NCBI GenBank assembly: GCA_038204425.1
Contig: JBBRCZ010000012.1
Location: forward strand, 1-64,000
Direction of reading: 5' to 3'
Source of the DNA: Spirochaetia bacterium
GTDB taxonomy: Bacteria > Spirochaetota > Spirochaetia > DSM-27196 > Salinispiraceae
Length of the DNA stretch: 64,000 bases
A model generated the notes under the pieces. It was given only the letters and a program-made list of their open reading frames with translations. It was not told the origin of the DNA and did not search any database. Positions 58,870-64,000 of this stretch are shown here, piece by piece. A program made the translations under genes and the position numbers. Position 1 is the stretch's first letter. Each line of letters starts with the position of its first letter.

Positions 58870-60168
58870 ATGTCGCAAAAAAACGCTACTACTGTCTCAT
58901 CTCAAGAAATCTACCAAGGCGCCTACGTGGTCGATCCGGCTTTTACCAAAAACTACGGCAAGCGCTTTTTGGTGTTTACCAAAGGCAAAGGAGTCTGGCT
59001 CTGGGACCTAGTTGGCAAAAAGTACCTTGACCTAGCTTCTGGCATAGCCGTCAATAGCTTTGGCCACGGAAGAAATGACTTTGCTCGCATAGTTGCCAAA
59101 CAAATGGCAACGCTGGCCCATACGTCAAATCTGTTTACCAGCCCAAGCACCATTGAGTTTGCTCGTCGTTTGGTTGGCTCAAGTCCTTTGGCAAAGGACA
59201 ATCCTTACAAACTGCACCATCCAGCTGGCTATTTTGCTGGCGTGCACCTTGGCAATTCCGGCACCGAGGCCAATGAATCGGCGCTTAAGTACGCGCGCAT
59301 CTATGCTTCCCGCAAACCCAAACCCAACGGCACTAAGTTTTTAGCCTTTAAAAATAGCTTTCATGGACGAACCATGGGTGCTTTGTCGGTAAGCTATACT
59401 GCTAAGTATAGGACACCATCTGAGCCGCTGATTCCTGGTGTGGAGTTTATTCCCTTTAACGATCTGGATGCGCTCACAAAAACACTCGACTCGAGCTTTT
59501 GCGCCGTAATTGTAGAACCAATCCAAGGCGAAGGTGGCCTCACCCCCATGAGCGTCGACTTTGCTCAGGCACTTAACACGCTAACAAGGCGGCATGAGGT
59601 AGTTCTCATTGCCGATGAGATCCAGTCAGGCATGGGTCGAACAGGGACTCTGTTTGCCTCGCAAGCCTTGGGACTCGAGCCAGATATTATTACCCTAGCC
59701 AAACCCTTGGCTGGTGGTCTGCCAGCCTCGGCTACGCTTGTGCGAGCCCATATCAACGACCTAATCCATGCCGGAGACCATGGCTCCACGTTTGGCGGCA
59801 ATCCGGTAGCCGCAGCACTTGCTTGTCACATTTGGGACCACGTCACCAAAGAAGGATTTTTGGACAAGGTAGAAGCGCTCTCTCAACAGTTTAGGTCTGG
59901 CCTAGAGGCGCTGAGGGTAGAGTTTTCCTTCTTGGGCCAGTTACGCGGCAAAGGAATGCTGCTCGGCATTGAAATTAGTGAAAACGGTTTGACCAACAAG
60001 GATCTCGCTGGGCTTTTAGAGGTACTCAAAAAACACGGCGTCATAGCCTTGCGCTCAGGCAGCAACGTACTGCGTATGGCCCCGCCCTTGTGCATAAGCC
60101 AAGCCGAAGTAAAACAAGCCTTTGATAAGCTAAGGGCAGCCTTTAGAGAGTTTGACAAACTTAAGTAA
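58870..60168 (+). CDS. argD: Acetylornithine aminotransferase
   Basis: SGIAVNSFGH, NSGTEANE, FHGRT, EPIQGEGG, DEIQSGMGRTG, LAKPLAGG, HGSTFGGNP. Confidence 0.93.
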   Translation: MSQKNATTVSSQEIYQGAYVVDPAFTKNYGKRFLVFTKGKGVWLWDLVGKKYLDLASGIAVNSFGHGRNDFARIVAKQMATLAHTSNLFTSPSTIEFARRLVGSSPLAKDNPYKLHHPAGYFAGVHLGNSGTEANESALKYARIYASRKPKPNGTKFLAFKNSFHGRTMGALSVSYTAKYRTPSEPLIPGVEFIPFNDLDALTKTLDSSFCAVIVEPIQGEGGLTPMSVDFAQALNTLTRRHEVVLIADEIQSGMGRTGTLFASQALGLEPDIITLAKPLAGGLPASATLVRAHINDLIHAGDHGSTFGGNPVAAALACHIWDHVTKEGFLDKVEALSQQFRSGLEALRVEFSFLGQLRGKGMLLGIEISENGLTNKDLAGLLEVLKKHGVIALRSGSNVLRMAPPLCISQAEVKQAFDKLRAAFREFDKLK

Positions 60169-60187
60169 ACTTGGCTAGGCTTAAACA

Positions 60188-60225
60188 AAACAGGCGTCAA
60201 ATCACTTTAGATCTGACGCCTGTTT
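60188..60225. terminator. Bidirectional terminator
   Basis: AAACAGGCGTCA / TGACGCCTGTTT 12-bp stem between convergent genes. Confidence 0.75.
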
Positions 60226-60256
60226 GACTTAGATTAGAACCGCTAGGTGAGACGGA

Positions 60257-61522
60257 TTAACTCGGCAAAAAGTTAAAGTTGTTCGGAACATCCGGAAAGT
60301 ATTCTTGCTTGTCTGCGCCATTGAGGTCGTCGATTTTAACTAGACCTTGCGGTGTCGGCAAATTATTCACTGTTTTCAAATATATGCTCGGACCTGCTGC
60401 TTGCGCAAAGCCAATAAACTGACTTGTCGCTGCCTCACCTTGTGGGTCTCCATAGAACGGATTTTTGTAAACTAAATTGCTGTCAAAAGCTAGGACCTTG
60501 CTGTAGTAAAGATTTGAAACATATTGAGAAGTGTTGGCACTGACCAGCAAAGTGTTGGCACTGACCAGCAAAGTGCCATCACTCCACTTGAGACCTGAGA
60601 TGAGCATATAAAATTGAGGACTTTCGCCATCGCCATATGCATAAAATGGTGATGTGCTTTCGCCTTGGTTCACTGGCAGGGTTGTGACGGTGCCACTACC
60701 AAGCTTGGTACGTGCCAGAATCTCAGGCAAACCAATTGGCACATATGCAAAGTAAAGATTGCCATCCGGATCAAGCGCCAATGCGTTGTCAACAAAATAG
60801 TCGTAAGAGCCAATTGCTAATACATGCGCCATATCAAAAGCAAAGCTGCCGTTGGAAAGTGATGCAGACCAGATTTTTTTTTGGTTATTATTAACAGCTG
60901 CATACAATGTGTTGCTGGCACGATCAATTGCGATAGCGGAGAAGTCATACGATTGGTCATCAAATAGCGGTGCTCCCGTTTGCCACCCATCTGCGCCTTA
61001 GCTTGCCTTATAAATCTGGTTGCTGCTGAAAAGATACAAGTTGCCGTCGTTGTCAAAGTCCAATCCCTGGGGACTAAAGTTTTCAATAGCAATTGCCACG
61101 CGACCTGCTCCGCTTATATCATCCAGAACGACTGCTCCGTCACTGTGCGTAACAGCTATCTTAGTTTTAGAAGCCAGAAGCTGCAAATCAATTGCATTTT
61201 CTCCCGCCACCAGATCTCGGGTTACGCTGGCTGCTTTTTCCAGTATAAAGCCGTCACTCTGTGCTGCTCTAACCGTTATGGTGCGCATGCGACCAACAGG
61301 GACACTCAAGGTGGCGCTACTGCCACTAGCAAAACTTTGAACTACCGTGGCCATTCCTGGTCCACTGACTTTTACCGTAAAACCAGACGGTGCGAGTGCC
61401 GAACGGCTGAGTCCCGCAAAGCTAATTTGGGCGTTGCCTGCTGGGCCAAGATTTAAGGTACAAGAAGCCACCAACAAAGCAAAGCACAAACACGATATTA
61501 AAATGCTTGTCTTTTTTACCAT
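60257..61522 (-). pseudogene. Lipoprotein (Ig-like domain plus NHL-like propeller) interrupted by one in-frame TAA
   Basis: Lipobox VASC; ...IYKAS*GADGWQTG...AIAIDRASNTLY continues in the same frame; span of 1266 nt (422 codons). Confidence 0.75.
60529..60575. repeat. 21-bp tandem duplication (TLLVSAN x2)
   Basis: AAGTGTTGGCACTGACCAGCA x2 plus AAGTG. Confidence 0.9.
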
Positions 61523-61647
61523 ACTAACCCCTTTGGTATTTTAAACGGAAAACACCAGCGTAATTTTAACTCAATTACTAAGGTTTGTCAAATAACTTGT
61601 GGTGCAGCAGGGCCTGTAAGGAAGAATTGGTGCACCAAAAAGATATT

Positions 61648-61680
61648 AAAAGCCCCTCGAAATTGTTCACTTCGAGGGGC
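61648..61680 (-). terminator. Intrinsic terminator
   Basis: GCCCCTCGAA / TTCGAGGGGC stem with a T-tract on the minus strand. Confidence 0.8.
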
Positions 61681-61741
61681 AAGGTTTAAGCATCACTTAA
61701 GATAACTGTCGGACGCCTTCTTGCGTCTGAATTGAACCGAG

Positions 61742-64000
61742 TTAGAGAGCGCCAAAGGTCCACTTAAACAGATTATTGGATCCGTAAGCCGCAAGCACAA
61801 TTGGATTACCGATCCATACATCTTGCGCTTTGGCCGCAAGACCATTGGCCTTGTTGATAACCTTATATTGACCGGCGCCAAGTGGCGTTATGCTCCAAAG
61901 CTGGGTATCGGCGCCAGTATAGGATTGGTTCTTAACAGACTCTGATTCTGAGCTGAGTGCGTAGCCATTGCCAACATTTATGATCTTGTAATACGAGCCG
62001 ACTGCTGTGACAGTCCACTTCTGACTGTTTGCCCCGTTGTAGTTTGCGTTTGATGTTACGCCACCTTGCCAGGACTCTGCTTGTTGGGCCTTGCCAGAGG
62101 CAACGTTGCCAAACTGATAGGTTCCATTAGCAAGTTGGGAGTTTGGGACGGTTGTACTGGTACTTGCAACCGTGGAAGTGGTACTTGCAACCGTGGAAGT
62201 GGTGCTTGCAACCGTAGTTGTTGTTGCTGATCCACCTGTGCCAGAAACACCAATCCAGTCAATGCTGATAAACTCACTCCAGCTGGTGTTTTTGGCGCGC
62301 AGTTCCAATTTGTTGCTGGCGCTGTTGTTAAAGTTAACGTTAAAGCTAATGGTTGCAAAAACATTGCCATAGTCAAGCGCTGTGTTACTAAACTGAATAA
62401 GGTTAGCAGCTCCAACATTTTGCAAAACATTGTTTACATATACTTCCACACCGCGGCCGGCAGATTTGGCACTTACCAAGTCGGGACGTGACGAATAGCG
62501 CAAGGTAACTTGTTTGCTACCGCCGCTGGACGAAATATTGTTCCAGGTTACGCCATTTCCATTGCCTTGTATTTCTGACACATATTGAAAGGTGGTGGTG
62601 TAGGTTTGGTCAGTAAAGCGTGTTTGTACCGAGAATCCGCCATTGATCGTTGCTGCTTCGGCCTGATAGTAGCCCAAGTTAGCGTTAACCGTGGTCGACG
62701 TGCTGCTTGAAGTTGAGGTACTTGTCGTCGATTGCACGGTGCTCGTCGTAGTAGCACTTACCACGGTGCTGGTGGTAGTACCGGCGCCAATGGTCGTCGT
62801 TGTTCCACTCGGAGTAGAAGTATCATAAACTTCCAAGTAGTCAAAGTTGATCAAATCGTTGTTTGTGTAGTCATTCTTAAAGGTAATGGTGTTAGCACCA
62901 TTATTGAGATAGACCGAGTTCGTTAGCGTCGACCACGTTGACCATGACCCTGAGCTAGCAAACTGCAAGAACTTTACGTAAACGTTGTTAACGTAGATTG
63001 CAACTTTAGCGCCGCCGCCAGATGCAAAGCGAACTCTAACGTTACGATCACCGGCCGTACTTACGTTAACTGAGAGCCGTGCTGATGCACCTGGATAGAA
63101 GTTTTCTACATAGCCACCAGCACTGGCACCGCTGTAGAGGCTTCCAATAGCTGCCCCACCGGCGAGTACTCCACCTTCGGCTTCGAGCTTAGTCCAACCC
63201 ACGGTAGTGGTAGTGGTACTTGAAGTAGAAGAGGTGCTGGTAGTAGTTGGCGCGTTGGGGTTGAGCGTAGAGGTGGTAGAAGTAGTGGTAGGACCAGGAC
63301 TCCAGCCAAACTCAAAGTAGCCAATGTCAGCTGCTGATCCTACGATTGGCAATCCAACGTTAAAACCCTTGTTTACCACAAAGCTGCTAGAACTAGCAGG
63401 TTTGTACCAGTTGCCGGCACGGTCGCCTGAGTTGTTAAAGCCTGGCAGTGTATTGGTGTAGTTGTTGGCACCAACAGTCCCGCTGATTACCCAGGCCGCC
63501 TTTTGAGGATTGGTGTGATATTTGAGGTTGTTGGTAAAGGTAATACCACTGCCACCCTCAATGTCGGCACCAAGACTGTTGAGGAAGACGTTGTTGCGAA
63601 CGTCGATGCTGGTTCCAGCATCAAGATTGAGACTATTACCTTGGTTTTCAAAAACGTTGTTCCAGATTTTGATGTTGGTCGCCGAGTCAGGAATAAATAC
63701 CGCCGAACTCTTGCCAAAACCAAAGCCCGGTTGACGGTTAATGTTAGTAAAAATGTTGTTGCGGATGATGTAGTTCTTCTTGAGTGTCCCACCTAAACCG
63801 TTCCAAATCGCAATACCAAAGCCCTTGTCTTGGATGTAGTTGTCGAAGATCTGAACGCCCGACAAAGCAGCTTCAATAGCTTCTTTGCTCGAGTTGCCAT
63901 CCAAGTCGACTAACTTGTTGCTGTAAACTTTGAGGTTATTGCTATCACTACCCACAGGTTCATAGCTGGTAATCTGGTTGTGGTTAACAAAGCTAAACCA
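61742..64000 (-). CDS. Large modular carbohydrate-active protein (beta-helix, two CBM6/35-like modules, ricin-B lectin); 5' end outside the window
   Basis: Frame open to base 64000; IRNNIF/IWNNVF/VRNNVF, ADIGYFE, LEAE and QAEAA module starts, QKW/QLW ricin repeats, S/T linkers. Confidence 0.85.
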   Translation of the reverse strand, partial: WFSFVNHNQITSYEPVGSDSNNLKVYSNKLVDLDGNSSKEAIEAALSGVQIFDNYIQDKGFGIAIWNGLGGTLKKNYIIRNNIFTNINRQPGFGFGKSSAVFIPDSATNIKIWNNVFENQGNSLNLDAGTSIDVRNNVFLNSLGADIEGGSGITFTNNLKYHTNPQKAAWVISGTVGANNYTNTLPGFNNSGDRAGNWYKPASSSSFVVNKGFNVGLPIVGSAADIGYFEFGWSPGPTTTSTTSTLNPNAPTTTSTSSTSSTTTTTVGWTKLEAEGGVLAGGAAIGSLYSGASAGGYVENFYPGASARLSVNVSTAGDRNVRVRFASGGGAKVAIYVNNVYVKFLQFASSGSWSTWSTLTNSVYLNNGANTITFKNDYTNNDLINFDYLEVYDTSTPSGTTTTIGAGTTTSTVVSATTTSTVQSTTSTSTSSSTSTTVNANLGYYQAEAATINGGFSVQTRFTDQTYTTTFQYVSEIQGNGNGVTWNNISSSGGSKQVTLRYSSRPDLVSAKSAGRGVEVYVNNVLQNVGAANLIQFSNTALDYGNVFATISFNVNFNNSASNKLELRAKNTSWSEFISIDWIGVSGTGGSATTTTVASTTSTVASTTSTVASTSTTVPNSQLANGTYQFGNVASGKAQQAESWQGGVTSNANYNGANSQKWTVTAVGSYYKIINVGNGYALSSESESVKNQSYTGADTQLWSITPLGAGQYKVINKANGLAAKAQDVWIGNPIVLAAYGSNNLFKWTFGAL
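62160..62215. repeat. 21-bp tandem repeat (about 2.7 copies) encoding the TVASTTS linker
   Basis: GTACTTGCAACCGTGGAAGTG repeated. Confidence 0.85.

Noticed and set aside
60529..62215. CRISPR-like repeats
   Set aside because: The 21-bp repeats are adjacent, in frame, inside coding sequence and have no spacers; no cas genes

Overview
64 kb of a bacterial chromosome, most likely from a free-living spirochaete. This is inferred from the enolase and GpsA style, FapA/DUF342, the HEAT-repeat and YD-repeat envelope proteins, and sigma28 and sigma54 motifs. It is mostly housekeeping and envelope genes, and I saw no rRNA, tRNA, CRISPR array, prophage or transposase. Main blocks: a nickel ECF importer with larE-larC-larB (nickel-pincer cofactor synthesis, no larA in the window); eno; a lipoprotein-DUF389-nuclease trio; two orphan histidine kinases; amtB-glnK behind a sigma54 promoter; mutM, an MCP and DNA polymerase II; cysK and cysE; ndk, pepF and gpsA; a GH52 xylosidase; a cobalamin riboswitch with a BtuB-like receptor; argR-argC-argB-argD; and a large CBM-bearing secreted protein cut by the window end. 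The best candidate for an under-described system is a two-gene unit encoding a cystatin-like lipoprotein (GG...QVVAG) directly upstream of a secreted papain-family (C1A) protease with FN3 domains and an unusual Phe-Phe/acidic tail. Four broken genes that the ORF track misses or splits were reconstructed by hand. All family calls come from motif recognition; no database search was run.
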